Shown here: positions 63,930 through 64,000 of the stretch, piece by piece
How positions within the stretch are numbered: position 1 is the first letter of the stretch
Layout: each line of letters starts with the position of its first letter
NCBI GenBank assembly: GCA_002633005.1
Contig: NMRA01000304.1
Coordinates: 89,200 to 153,199 of the forward strand
DNA length: 64,000 nt
Source of the DNA: Phoronis australis
Taxonomy: Eukaryota > Animalia > Phoronida
Direction: 5' to 3'
Notes under the pieces: model-generated
Seen by the model: only the letters and a program-made list of their open reading frames with translations
Told to the model about the DNA's origin: nothing
The model's database searches: none
Translations under genes and position numbers: made by a program

Positions 63930-64000
63930 TACCGTAATCGTTCGGGTTAACGCCCATGCTCAGTTAACCGCCCACCCCCTACTTTAGGTGAATTTCGATT
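63930..64000. mobile_element. Possible terminus of a TA-CCGTA (mariner/pogo-type) MITE, truncated by the window edge
   Basis: TACCGTAATCG followed by the direct repeat GTTAACGCCCA / GTTAACCGCCCA; the partner TIR is not visible. Confidence 0.3.

Overview
Eukaryotic, intron-rich, AT-rich genomic window, probably from an invertebrate bilaterian (the repeat styles suggest a lophotrochozoan; the species cannot be determined). It holds four spliced genes in two head-to-head pairs, reconstructed by hand from GT-AG boundaries and phase continuity: LDLRAP1/ARH-like PTB adaptor (-, 5 exons, 3' end off the left edge); LANCL3-like LanC protein (+, 5 exons, 412 aa, complete); CDC5L (-, 15 exons, 801 aa, complete); and the 5' end of dystrophin/utrophin (+, including 62-nt and 93-nt CH1 exons). 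Most short ORFs in the track are non-coding noise. Non-obvious signals: (1) three paralogous box C/D snoRNA candidates in CDC5L introns 6, 9 and 13, with an invariant guide complementary to LSU rRNA; (2) tandem repeats that copy an exon end plus its splice donor in both LANCL3 and CDC5L; (3) a probable CDC5L/dystrophin bidirectional promoter and LANCL3-dystrophin linkage reminiscent of human Xp21; (4) Helentron-associated (HINE-like) elements, MITEs, tRNA-derived SINEs and a probable haplotype-join artefact around a polymorphic insertion. No database searches were run.
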